Assembly: GCA_964496575.1 (NCBI GenBank)
Contig: CAZCAC010000127.1
Location: 1 to 25,691 of the forward strand
Length of the DNA stretch: 25,691 nt
Source: an uncultured Planctomycetaceae bacterium
GTDB taxonomy: Bacteria; Planctomycetota; UBA1135; GCA-002686595
Reading direction: 5' to 3'
Shown here: positions 1 through 8,309 of the stretch, one piece after another
Numbering within the stretch: the stretch's first letter is position 1
Layout of the letters: each line of letters starts with the position of its first letter
The notes under the pieces: model-generated
The model's input: the letters and a program-made list of their open reading frames with translations, nothing else
Told to the model about the DNA's origin: nothing
The model's database searches: none
Made by a program: the position numbers and the translations under genes

Positions 1-813
1 CGCCATCTCCCGTGGTCGCTGATCGGGAGTGAGCTCGTCCACGGCCACCCGCGGGCCAACCTCGGGGGCGGGCGGTTCTTCCCCCGCCCCGCCATCTAGC
101 TGCACCAGTGCCGGTTGAGTCACCGCTTCGGTCGCGACCGGCGCGCCCCACTGCTTCACGACCGCCCCGACCCCGAACCACACCAGAACAGAGAGCGCGG
201 CGAGGATCACTGACGCCAGCATGACCTTGCCCACGGCCAGCCCTGCCAGCACCTTGGCCGTGCCGCCGACCTGAGCCCCCTCCCAGCTTGCCAGCGGGAG
301 CAGTGCCTGGATCCACTCCTGCCGACCGTCCGATTCGTCGTCGAGCCGAGACCTCAACCGCTCCAGCGCTCGCCGCAATCGCGTGCGAACCGTGGCTGCG
401 GGCACCTCCATCCGCATCGCGATGTCCGTAGCGGTGAGACCTTCGTAGTATCGGAGCAGCACCGTGTCGCGATAGGGCTGCTCGAGCTCCAGGACCTTGC
501 TGGCGAGAGATCGTTCCTGCTCGACTCGTTGGGCCACGTCCAGAGCCGAGGGTTCGCTCTCCTCAGCAACTTCCGGGACCCGACGAGTCTCGCGACGCCA
601 GCGCAGACCCGCCTGTCGCCGCACCACGGTCGCAAGCCACGGTCTCGCCGGTCGATTCGAGTTGGGAGGATTGCGCAACGCGGCGACCCAGGTGTCCTGC
701 ACCAGATCGTCCGCAGCCGCGGCGTCCGCGACCAGGCTCCGAGCGAGCGCGGTCAGCCACGCGGAATGCTGCAGAAGACGGTCGAGACTGGCCTGTCCGG
801 GGTGATCGCTCAT
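1..813 (-). CDS. ECF (sigma-70 family, group 4) RNA polymerase sigma factor, fused in frame to a C-terminal extension with one predicted transmembrane helix. 3' end lies beyond the window start (partial).
   Basis: ATG at 813-811 (minus). The hand translation is stop-free to position 1: MSDHPGQASLDRLLQHSAWLTALARSLVADAAAADDLVQDTWVAALRNPP (region 2), then LLRYYEGLTATDIAMRMEVPAATVRTRLRRALERLRSRL (region 4 HTH), then DDESDGRQEWIQALLPLASWEGAQVGGTAKVLAGLAVGKVMLASVILAALSVLVWFGVGAVVKQWG... with no stop. It is absent from the ORF track because there is no in-window stop codon. Confidence 0.8.
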   Translation of the reverse strand, partial: MSDHPGQASLDRLLQHSAWLTALARSLVADAAAADDLVQDTWVAALRNPPNSNRPARPWLATVVRRQAGLRWRRETRRVPEVAEESEPSALDVAQRVEQERSLASKVLELEQPYRDTVLLRYYEGLTATDIAMRMEVPAATVRTRLRRALERLRSRLDDESDGRQEWIQALLPLASWEGAQVGGTAKVLAGLAVGKVMLASVILAALSVLVWFGVGAVVKQWGAPVATEAVTQPALVQLDGGAGEEPPAPEVGPRVAVDELTPDQRPREMA

Positions 814-869
814 CGGTCAATGACCAGCTTGCACTGGTCCCCCGGAGTGTTTCGCAAATCCCGGGATTC

Positions 870-1658
870 TCAGCCCTTCAGCTTCCTGACCAACGATCCC
901 CACACCCCTCGCGGCAGCGCGCGACCGAGGGTCTTCAGCGGCCAGGCCAGCTGCCACGGAAAGGCGAGCACCGGTGAACCCCGCTCCAGCGCGACCACGC
1001 ACCGTCTGGCCGCGTCCTCGACCTCCACCAGGAATGGCATCGGGTGCTCGATCGAGTCGGTCATCGGGGTGCGCACCCAGCCCGGCTGGATGTCGACCAC
1101 CTTCAGGCCACTCTCGTGGAGCTCGATCTGCAACGACTCGAGAAGGGAAGAGAGGGCCGCCTTCGAAGCGGGGTACGCACCGCCTCTCGGCATCGCGCGA
1201 ACGCCGGCGAGGCTGGAGACGCCCGCCAGGGTGCCGGTGCCGCGCGGGAGCATGGCGTGCATCCCCTCGATCAGCGTGACCATCGCGCCCTTGACGTTGA
1301 CGTCGATCACCTCCTCGACGTCCTCCCGGGTCATCTCCCCCGCCGGCGCCGAGCGGCCGATACCGGCGTTGGCGATGACGAGGTCGAAGCCGCCCACCAT
1401 CGCGTCCCAGTGTGCGATCGAATCGGCGATCGCTTTCGGGTCACGAACGTCGAGCTCCGCGGCGTCGGCGCGGCCGCCGCCTCGCGCGATCCCCGCCGCG
1501 AGCTCCTCCAGCAGCTCGAGACGTCGCGCCGTGACGACCACCCGCGTGCCGCGACGGGCCAACTCGAGGGCGATCGCGAGGCCGATGCCGCTCGAAGCGC
1601 CGGTGATGAAGGCGTTGCGGAAGAGCACGAGGTTCAGTCCGCCCCGACGCGAGTGCAC
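870..1658 (-). CDS. Short-chain dehydrogenase/reductase (SDR) family oxidoreductase. The start is uncertain: GTG at 1658 or GTG at 1628. The track ORF 870..2177 over-extends it.
   Basis: Rossmann motif FITGASSGIGLAIALELARRG near the N-terminus. NAG and YPASK (YxxxK) catalytic motifs are present. The track ORF's N-terminal ~170 aa is Arg/Gly-rich and overlaps punA in another frame, so it is rejected. Confidence 0.8.
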   Translation of the reverse strand: MHSRRGGLNLVLFRNAFITGASSGIGLAIALELARRGTRVVVTARRLELLEELAAGIARGGGRADAAELDVRDPKAIADSIAHWDAMVGGFDLVIANAGIGRSAPAGEMTREDVEEVIDVNVKGAMVTLIEGMHAMLPRGTGTLAGVSSLAGVRAMPRGGAYPASKAALSSLLESLQIELHESGLKVVDIQPGWVRTPMTDSIEHPMPFLVEVEDAARRCVVALERGSPVLAFPWQLAWPLKTLGRALPRGVWGSLVRKLKG

Positions 1659-2455
1659 ACCGCCGTGAGCAGCGCGCAGAAGCGTTCGGCGAGAACCCGC
1701 CCCGCCTCGACCACCTCGTCGTGCGAGAGCGGCTCGCCGGTGATTCCCGCCGCCCGGTTGGTGATGGCGGAGATCGCCGCCACCCTCATCCCCGCCGCGT
1801 GCGCGGCGCTCGCTTCGGCAACGGTGCTCATACCCACCGCCTGCGCGCCGCCCCAGCGCAGCATCGAGATCTCGGCCGGCGTCTCGTAGGTCGGCCCCAG
1901 GAGCCCCGCGTAGGTGCCATGATGCAGCTCGATCCCCTTCTCCTCCGTCGCTCCGTCCACTATCGTGCCGAGCTCGCGGTCGTACGGGTTGCCGAGTCCC
2001 TCTTCCCCCTGCATCAGTGGCGTCCGCCCCTGCAGGTTCAGGTGATCGATGATGCGCATCAGCGCCGGGATCTCCCAGTCCGCCTCCAGGCCGCCCGCGG
2101 CGTTGGTCAGGAAGAGCATGCCGATCCCCAGTCGACCGAACGCTCGCACGCAACGCGTCACCTCGCTCGGCCGCCAACCCTCGTAGAGGTGTACACGCCC
2201 CTGCTGGACCACCACCGGCACGCCCTCGACCTTCCCCAGCACCAGCTGCCCCGCGTGGCCGGGAACGGCGCTGGTCGGCATCGCGTCGAGCTCCTCGTAC
2301 GGAATCACTCTCTGGTCCGTCAGCGAATCGGCGAACCCGCCCAGGCCCGACCCGAGCACCAAGGCGATCCGCGCGCCACCGACCCCGTGGGATTCCAGGC
2401 TGCGGGTGAGGTCTTCCAGCGCCAGCGTGGCGTCGTCGATCTGCGGTGTCTTCAT
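1634..2455 (-). CDS. punA: Purine nucleoside phosphorylase, trimeric PNP-I family (inosine/guanosine type).
   Basis: 273 aa with the hallmark blocks of the trimeric PNP family: ALVLGSGLGGFADSL, VPGHAGQLVLG, VHLYEGW, FLTNAAGGL, GTYAGLLGPTYETPAE, AQAVGMSTVAEA and ITNRAAG. ATG at 2455, with GGAG about 9 nt upstream. Confidence 0.9.
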   Translation of the reverse strand: MKTPQIDDATLALEDLTRSLESHGVGGARIALVLGSGLGGFADSLTDQRVIPYEELDAMPTSAVPGHAGQLVLGKVEGVPVVVQQGRVHLYEGWRPSEVTRCVRAFGRLGIGMLFLTNAAGGLEADWEIPALMRIIDHLNLQGRTPLMQGEEGLGNPYDRELGTIVDGATEEKGIELHHGTYAGLLGPTYETPAEISMLRWGGAQAVGMSTVAEASAAHAAGMRVAAISAITNRAAGITGEPLSHDEVVEAGRVLAERFCALLTAVCTRVGAD

Positions 2456-2474
2456 GCGTGTTACTCCGACCGGA

Positions 2475-3785
2475 CTACAGGAAGATACCCGCGACCGTCG
2501 CGGTCATCCAAGAGGCGAAGGCTCCGCCGACCATCGCGCGCAGCGCCAGGCGGGAGATGTCGGTCTTGCGGTCGGGCGCCAGGGGCGTGATCCCGCCGAG
2601 CTGGATGCCGATCGAGGCGAAGTTGGCGAAGCCGCACAGCGCGTAGGCGGCCATCGCGGCGGTGCGCGGGTGCTCGAAGGCCATCTTCACGCCTTCTTCG
2701 TTGCCCAGCATCCCCTGGAGCTGGCCGAAGGCGACCAGCTCGTTGACGGCGATCTTGGTCCCGAGGAGCGAGCCGAAGAGCTTGCAGTCGTGCCACCCAT
2801 CGACGCCCATCAACCAGGCGATCGGCGCGAAGATCCGCCCGAAGATCCAGTTGAGGCTGAGCGTCTCTTCCATCCCCACCCACTCGCCCAGCGCTTCCAG
2901 CGGCCAGTTGACCAGGTTCACCAGCGCGATGAAGGCGATCAGCATGGCAATCACGTTGAGCCACAGCTTGAGCCCGTCAGTGGTTCCGTTGGCCGCGGCC
3001 TCGATCAAGTTGCCCGCGCTGCGGTTCAGGCGCAGCTTCACCTGGCCCGAGGTCTCCGCCACTTCCGTCTCGGGAAGCATGATCTTCGCCACCACGAACG
3101 CCGCCGGCGCGGACATCACCGAGGCGGTGAGCAGGTGCGCCCCGTACTCCTCGCCGATGAAGCCCATGTAGACGGCGAGCACCGACCCGGCGATCGTCGC
3201 GAACCCGCCGGTCATCAGCGCGTTCAGCTCTGAGCTGGTCATCTTGGCGAGATACGGCTTGACCACCAGCGGCGCTTCGGTCTGGCCGACGAAGACGTTG
3301 GCGGCCATCGACATCGATTCCGCGCCCGACACGCGCATCGCCCACGACATCACCTTGGCCATGCACCACACCAGGAACTGCATCACGCCCAGGTGGTAGA
3401 GCACGCCCATCAGCGCACTGAAGAAGATGATCGCGACCAGGCCGGTGCCGGCGAAGGAGAAGATGAAGGCGCTGCCAGGGCCGAGGGTTTCCGCGACGCC
3501 TTCTCGCTCGATCATCAGGTCCTTCAGGACGTCTTGCTTGGCCAGGACGCCGAAGACCATCTCGGCGCCGGGAGCGGCCATCGAGATCACCTTGGTGACT
3601 ATTCCCGCCGCCCAGCCGAAGATCTCGTGGCCGATGCTCGTGGATAGAAAGATCCAGGCGAGCAAGAGCTGCAGCCCCAGTCCTCCGAAGATCACGCGCC
3701 AGGGCATCCGCCCCTTGTGCGAGGAGAGGAGCCAGGACACTCCGCAGAAGAAAGTGAGGCCGATCAGGCCGTGGACGAACTGCAA
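2475..3785 (-). CDS. nupC: Concentrative nucleoside transporter, NupC/CNT family.
   Basis: 436 aa polytopic membrane protein with CNT-family conserved blocks (GxxFxFG, MSxxxxEAPLVV-like region, C-terminal GFANFASIGIQLGG). TTG start at 3785-3783. It lies 19 nt upstream of punA on the same strand. Confidence 0.88.
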   Translation of the reverse strand: MQFVHGLIGLTFFCGVSWLLSSHKGRMPWRVIFGGLGLQLLLAWIFLSTSIGHEIFGWAAGIVTKVISMAAPGAEMVFGVLAKQDVLKDLMIEREGVAETLGPGSAFIFSFAGTGLVAIIFFSALMGVLYHLGVMQFLVWCMAKVMSWAMRVSGAESMSMAANVFVGQTEAPLVVKPYLAKMTSSELNALMTGGFATIAGSVLAVYMGFIGEEYGAHLLTASVMSAPAAFVVAKIMLPETEVAETSGQVKLRLNRSAGNLIEAAANGTTDGLKLWLNVIAMLIAFIALVNLVNWPLEALGEWVGMEETLSLNWIFGRIFAPIAWLMGVDGWHDCKLFGSLLGTKIAVNELVAFGQLQGMLGNEEGVKMAFEHPRTAAMAAYALCGFANFASIGIQLGGITPLAPDRKTDISRLALRAMVGGAFASWMTATVAGIFL

Positions 3786-4005
3786 GGGGAACCTCGGGCT
3801 GGAGACGGGGGCCTATGGAACCGTGGGGGTCGCGCTCGCGCAAGGATCAGGGGACTCACCCCGAGGCGATCCTCGTTCTCGATCGCTGAGGCGAGGCGCA
3901 AGGTCCCGCTCCGGGCCGCGAAACGGCACGGCGGAGGCCGCTGTGCGGAAGCTGCGTCTTTTCGTTGTCCATTCGAGTGCCCGGGGGTATCAGGGAGTCG
4001 GACTC

Positions 4006-5555
4006 ATGAGGCCTCGTCTCACAACCGCGCTCGCCCTCGTCGCCGGAATCGCGCTGGCGATCTGGTGGCTCGTGGCCGTCGCCTGGACGATGCGAGCGAA
4101 CAGGGACCGAGCAGCCTGTCTCCCGAGGAGTCGACGGCCGAGGGGAGCTCTCACCCCGCGGCCCTTCCTCCCCCGCCGGCGACCAGCGACGAGGCACGCC
4201 GATCCGGGGAACGGGAAGACGTGAAGCCCCGGAGCGATGGCGGCGTGACCGGGCGTGGCTCGGAGCTTCCGCGCGTCCCCGACGACTCCATCTGGATCGA
4301 CTGCGAGCTTCTCGCGCCCGGCCAGGTGCCAGCGGACGAGGAGTGCATCGTCGAAGCAGAAGGGGAAATGTACTGGAGCAGCGGTCGGATTATCGAGGAC
4401 CGCTACACGATCGAGGTGGAAGTCGGGGTCCCCTTCCGCGTGGCTCTGGCCAGAGGAACCCGAGAGGCCAGGATCCGGCTGAACGCGCGGTATCACTATC
4501 TGAAAGCCCCCATCGAGATCGATCTCTCGGCGGTCAGAGCCAGTACGGTCGTGATCGAGCCCGAGCTCGGAGGCGTGATCCGAGGTCGGGTGCTGCTGCC
4601 AGGGTCGGCGAATCCTGTCGATGCCGGAAGGGTGGGGGCCACATCGTTGCCTCCACCCGGACACCCCGTCAGGGATTTCGACCTCGACTTTCATGCACCG
4701 GCTGACATGGAGGCGGAAGGGAGCTTCGAGCTGCGCGGACGGGTTCACACCGGTGGGGAGCCGCACGCGGGGTGGCTGGTGGGCTGCGAGAACGACAACG
4801 GCGAGCGAGCCGCCGCCCACTGTGACGACGCCGGGGGATTCGTGATGAATCTAGGATCCCCCGGGCCGTTCCTCTTCAGCTTCTTTCCCAGTGGCCAGGC
4901 CCTCGGCTCCTTGCAGACCCTCCGGGTCGGTCGGGACATCCCGGACCGAGACGTGGTGGAACTGGACTTCGATCTTCCGGCGGGTTGCCTCGCCGGTCGG
5001 GTTCGCCTTCCGGGAGGCGCGCCAGCTCCCGGCTGCTAGCTGTTCCTCGACCTGAGCGCTGCCTGCGAGGGTTCGACCGCGTCGTACGAGTACACCGAGC
5101 TCTCGGTCACCGACTCCGAGGGCAGGTTCCGCTTCACCCCACTCCCGCCGGGCGGCTACGTGCTGCACGCCGGGGGAACCTCGATGGAGCCGGCGGAGAC
5201 CGACACCGAATCCTACGGCGTTCGTCGTCTCGGAGGGCTGCAGCTCGCCCTCGGAGAGGTGAAGGACGACCTGGTGATCGACCTGTCCCCGGCGGGATCG
5301 ATCGAGGGCCTCGTGCTGGCCCCGGACGGCTCGCCCGCGATCGGAGCTCTGGTGAGCCTCGTCGAGGACGACGACTCGTGGGTCGTCGTCTTCTTCTCTT
5401 CGCAAACGGATGCCGACGGCCGTTTCGAGTACCGGCACCTCACCCCGGGTCGAGTGGCGATCCACGCGCGGCAGGGTGACCTCACCAGCGAGGAGAGGGA
5501 GGTCCTCGTCGTCGAGGGCGACGCGGTCGAGGTGCAGCTTCAGCTGAATGAGTGA
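4006..5555 (+). pseudogene. Membrane-anchored protein with carboxypeptidase-regulatory-like (CarboxypepD_reg) beta-sandwich repeats. As sequenced it is disrupted by an apparent 1-nt frameshift near 4086 and an in-frame TAG at 5037-5039. Alternative reading: a 72-aa TM ORF 4006..4224 GTGA-coupled to a signal-less CDS starting at GTG 4221.
   Basis: ATG 4006 is preceded by GGGAG (3993-3997). It encodes the signal-anchor MRPRLTTALALVAGIALAIWWLVAVAW in frame 1; after 4086 frame 1 becomes an Arg-rich tail ending at TGA 4222-4224. Frame 0 reads through 4086..5036 as an S/P/E-rich linker followed by repeats (GRVLLPGSANPVDAG..., GRVHTGGEPHAG..., AGRVRLPGGAPAPGC). It hits TAG 5037-5039 and then continues in the same frame (5040..5555) with canonical repeats: DSEGRFRFTPLPPGGYVLHA and DADGRFEYRHLTPGRVAIHARQGDLTSEEREVLVVEGDAVEVQLQL. 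Confidence 0.45.
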
Positions 5556-5577
5556 TACGGAGCCAGGCTCCGTATCA
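5553..5577. terminator. Perfect 12-bp-arm inverted repeat (TGATACGGAGCC A GGCTCCGTATCA) between two convergent genes; candidate bidirectional terminator hairpin or protein-binding palindrome.
   Basis: The arms at 5553-5564 and 5566-5577 are exact reverse complements. The left arm begins with the TGA stop of the plus-strand gene (5553-5555). The right arm ends with TCA (5575-5577), which is the TGA stop of deoA on the minus strand. There is no U-tract on either side. Confidence 0.4.
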
Positions 5578-6873
5578 CAGTCGCTCGAGGACCAGGGGCC
5601 CGGGCTCGTAGTGGTCTTCGATCCGGATCGCCTCGGCGAGGAGCTCGCGGGCTCGATCAAGGCCTCGGCCGTGGCGGTGGTGAATGGTGCAGATCGACTC
5701 ACCCACCTCGACCCTCTCTCCCGCCGCCCGCCTGAAGCGGAAGCCGACGCCGACGTCGATCTCGTCTTCCAGGCGGACGCGACCGCCCCCGAGCTCGACC
5801 AGGGCGAAGCCGATTCGCTTCAGGTCGTGGAAGCGCAACACGCCGGCGCGATCGACAAACCACTCTTCGCGGTCGGTGCGCTCGGGATCGCCCTGCTCGT
5901 CGAACCAGCGCCCCGGCATCGCGCCCTGCTGCGCACAGATCCGCTCGAAGCACTCGTAAGCGCTGCCATCGTCGAGCGACGCGGCGATTCTCTTCTCGCC
6001 CGCCTCCACGTCGGCTGCGACTCCCGCCATCACCAGCATCTCTCCGGCGAGCGCGCAGCAAAGCTCGCGCAGGTCGGGCGGCCCCTCGCCGCGCAGGCAG
6101 TCGAGGCACTCGAGAATCTCCAGCGTGTGGCCCGCAGCCAGCCCGAGCGGCCGATCCATGGCCGTCTGCAGCACCCGCGCCTGAACGCCCATCCCTCGCG
6201 CGAGGTCGATCATCACCTCGCCCAGCTCCCGCCCCTTCGCGGCATCGGCGAGGAAGGCTCCGCTGCCGAACTTCACGTCGAGCACCAGGCTCTCCGCTCC
6301 CTCGGCGAGCTTCTTGGACATGATCGACGAGGCGATCAGCGGGATCGAAGGCACCAGCCCGGTCACGTCGCGCAGGGCGTAGAGCTTGCGATCGGCGGGC
6401 ACCAGGTCCTCGGTCTGCGCGCCGAGTGCCACGCCGACCTTCCGCAGCGCGTCGTCGAACTCCTGCTCGGAGAGATCGGTGCGGAAACCAGGGATCGACT
6501 CGAGCTTGTCGAGCGTCCCGCCGGTATGCCCGAGGCCGCGCCCCGAGATCATCGGCACCGCCACACCGCACGCGGCCACCGCCGGCGCGAGCGCGATCGA
6601 GACCTTGTCACCGATCCCGCCGGTCGAGTGCTTGTCCGAAGTCGGTCGCCCGAGCCCGTCGAAGCGCATCACCCGACCGGAGTGCAGCATCGCGTGCGTC
6701 CACGTCGCGAGCTCGGCGGGCTCCATCCCGTTGATGAAGATCGCCATCAGGAGCGCCGACGCCTGGTACTCGGGGATCTCGTCCCGGACGTACCCGTCGA
6801 TGAAGAAGTGGATCTCCTCCTCGCTCAGGGCGTGTCCGTCGCGCTTGGTGGAGAGAACGGTTCGGATGTCCAT
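5575..6873 (-). CDS. deoA: Thymidine / pyrimidine-nucleoside phosphorylase. The real start is ATG 6873 (MDIRTV...), not the track start at 6954.
   Basis: N-terminus MDIRTVLSTKRDGHALSEEEIHFFIDGYVRDEIPEYQASALLMAIFINGM. Glycosyltransferase-family-3 blocks are present: SDKHSTGGIGDKVS, GRGLGHTGGTLDKLESIPGF and GSGAFL. ATG 6873 lies 4 nt after the deoB stop (6878-6880), which indicates translational coupling. Confidence 0.9.
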   Translation of the reverse strand: MDIRTVLSTKRDGHALSEEEIHFFIDGYVRDEIPEYQASALLMAIFINGMEPAELATWTHAMLHSGRVMRFDGLGRPTSDKHSTGGIGDKVSIALAPAVAACGVAVPMISGRGLGHTGGTLDKLESIPGFRTDLSEQEFDDALRKVGVALGAQTEDLVPADRKLYALRDVTGLVPSIPLIASSIMSKKLAEGAESLVLDVKFGSGAFLADAAKGRELGEVMIDLARGMGVQARVLQTAMDRPLGLAAGHTLEILECLDCLRGEGPPDLRELCCALAGEMLVMAGVAADVEAGEKRIAASLDDGSAYECFERICAQQGAMPGRWFDEQGDPERTDREEWFVDRAGVLRFHDLKRIGFALVELGGGRVRLEDEIDVGVGFRFRRAAGERVEVGESICTIHHRHGRGLDRARELLAEAIRIEDHYEPGPLVLERL

Positions 6874-6877
6874 GGAT

Positions 6878-8062
6878 TCAGCTCGCGAGCTGCGACAGGA
6901 AGGACTCGCCCGCGCCGGTACCTTCGACGCCCAGCGCCTCGGCCACGGTCGCACCGATGTCGGCGAAGCTGGAGCGAGTCCCCAGATCGACTCCGCCCGC
7001 CACGTTCGGCCCGGTGGCGAGCACGGGCACGTACTCGCGCGTGTGATCGGTACCCGCCTCGTGCGTCGGGTCGTTGCCGTGGTCCGCGCAGAGGATCAGG
7101 AGGTCGTCGCGCTGTAGCTGCTGCTCGAAGACCCGCAAGTCCCCGTCGAACTCCTCGAGCGCCCGTCGATAGCCGACCGCGTCGCGGCGGTGGCCGTAGA
7201 GCATGTCGAAGTCGACGAGGTTGAGGAACAGGAGACCGCGGTCGAGGCTCCCGGCCAGCTTCGTCGCCTGCCGCATTCCGTCGCGGTTCCCTTCGGTGTG
7301 GTGATCCTCGGTCACCCCTCGGCCGGCGAAGATGTCGTGGATCTTGCCGACACCGACCACCGGCAGGCCCGCTCGCGCCAGTCGATCGAGCGTGGTGTCT
7401 CCGGGGGGCTCCAGCGAGTAATCGCGGCGGTTGTACGTCCGCTGGTAGTTCCCGGCCTCGCCGACGAAGGGCCTGGCGATCACTCGCGCCACGCCGAGGG
7501 GATCCAGGAGACGTCGTGCTTCGATGGAGATCTCGAATAGTCGCTCGAGGCCGAAGTGCTCCTCGTGCGCCGCGATCTGGAAGGCGCTGTCCGCGCTGGT
7601 GTAGACGATCGGCTTGCCCGTCCTGACGTGCTCCTCGCCGAGCTCGGCGATCACCGTCGTTCCCGACGCGGGCCGGTTGCAGAGGACCCCTTCGAGCCGG
7701 CCGCGCCGCACGAACGCTTCGATGATCTCCGGAGAGTAGCCGTCGGGGAAGGTGGGGAATGCCCCCTCCAGCGGGCACCCCATCATCTCCCAGTGACCGG
7801 TCGAGGTGTCCTTGCCGGGAGACTCCTCGGCGCAGCGCCCGAACGCCGCTTCCGGAGCGCTCGCCTTCGCGAGCTCCTCCACGCCGGTGACGTTGCCCAG
7901 CCCCAGCTCGATCAAGCGGGGTGTCTCCAGACCCCCGGTTGCGGTGATGATGTGATCGAGGGTGTGCGCCCCCGCATCACCGAAGCGCTCGGCATCGGGT
8001 AGGGCTCCGACTCCCAGCGAGTCGAGCACGAAGACGAAGACTCGCCGGAACTCAGAGGTCAT
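6878..8062 (-). CDS. deoB: Phosphopentomutase.
   Basis: 394 aa. The N-terminus RVFVFVLDSLGVGALPDAERFGDAGAHTLDHI and the metal-binding blocks CADHGNDPTH and TREYVPVL are typical of DeoB. ATG at 8062. Confidence 0.9.
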   Translation of the reverse strand: MTSEFRRVFVFVLDSLGVGALPDAERFGDAGAHTLDHIITATGGLETPRLIELGLGNVTGVEELAKASAPEAAFGRCAEESPGKDTSTGHWEMMGCPLEGAFPTFPDGYSPEIIEAFVRRGRLEGVLCNRPASGTTVIAELGEEHVRTGKPIVYTSADSAFQIAAHEEHFGLERLFEISIEARRLLDPLGVARVIARPFVGEAGNYQRTYNRRDYSLEPPGDTTLDRLARAGLPVVGVGKIHDIFAGRGVTEDHHTEGNRDGMRQATKLAGSLDRGLLFLNLVDFDMLYGHRRDAVGYRRALEEFDGDLRVFEQQLQRDDLLILCADHGNDPTHEAGTDHTREYVPVLATGPNVAGGVDLGTRSSFADIGATVAEALGVEGTGAGESFLSQLAS

Positions 8063-8072
8063 TCGATGCTGT

Positions 8073-8309
8073 TCAGGTGCTCATGGTGTTTTCGAGGACC
8101 GCCTCGATCACCTCTTCAACGGCCTCTTCGAACTCATCGACCCACAGATCCCCATAGTCCTCCAGGAGCATTTCGCGCTCGTCGAAGTCCCAGGTTCCCG
8201 AGGTCGGGTCGAACTCGAACTCGTAGTCGTGTTCGGTGCCGTCCTCATCCGTGATCAAGGCAATGACGATGCAGTCCTGAGCGTCGACCTCCAATCGGAA
8301 AACGGCCAT
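8073..8309 (-). CDS. Small (78 aa), highly acidic protein of unknown function. It is the first gene of the deoB-deoA transcription unit.
   Basis: ATG 8309-8307 is preceded by a perfect GGAGG (8321-8317) at 7-nt spacing. Product: MAVFRLEVDAQDCIVIALITDEDGTEHDYEFEFDPTSGTWDFDEREMLLEDYGDLWVDEFEEAVEEVIEAVLENTMST. It has 26 Asp/Glu against 2 Arg and 0 Lys. The stop is at 8073-8075, 10 nt before the deoB ATG. The rest of the 541-aa track ORF upstream of it is antisense junk. Confidence 0.6.
   Translation of the reverse strand: MAVFRLEVDAQDCIVIALITDEDGTEHDYEFEFDPTSGTWDFDEREMLLEDYGDLWVDEFEEAVEEVIEAVLENTMST

Noticed and set aside
1659-2177. N-terminal about 170 aa of track ORF 870..2177 (SDR extended).
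   Set aside because: It overlaps punA in another frame and is Arg/Gly-rich junk. The SDR Rossmann motif begins right after a GTG at 1658 or 1628.
3717-4085. N-terminal about 120 codons of ORF 3717..5039 overlapping the nupC start.
   Set aside because: This stretch is Arg-rich low-complexity sequence overlapping the nupC 5' end and promoter. The credible start for this gene is the RBS-preceded ATG at 4006 in a different frame (signal-anchor), which implies a frameshift and not a 3717 start.
5548-7224. 558-aa plus-strand ORF, and the 290-aa minus ORF 5699..6571.
   Set aside because: Both are shadow ORFs overlapping the deoA/deoB coding frame. They are Arg/Pro/Gly-rich with no motifs.
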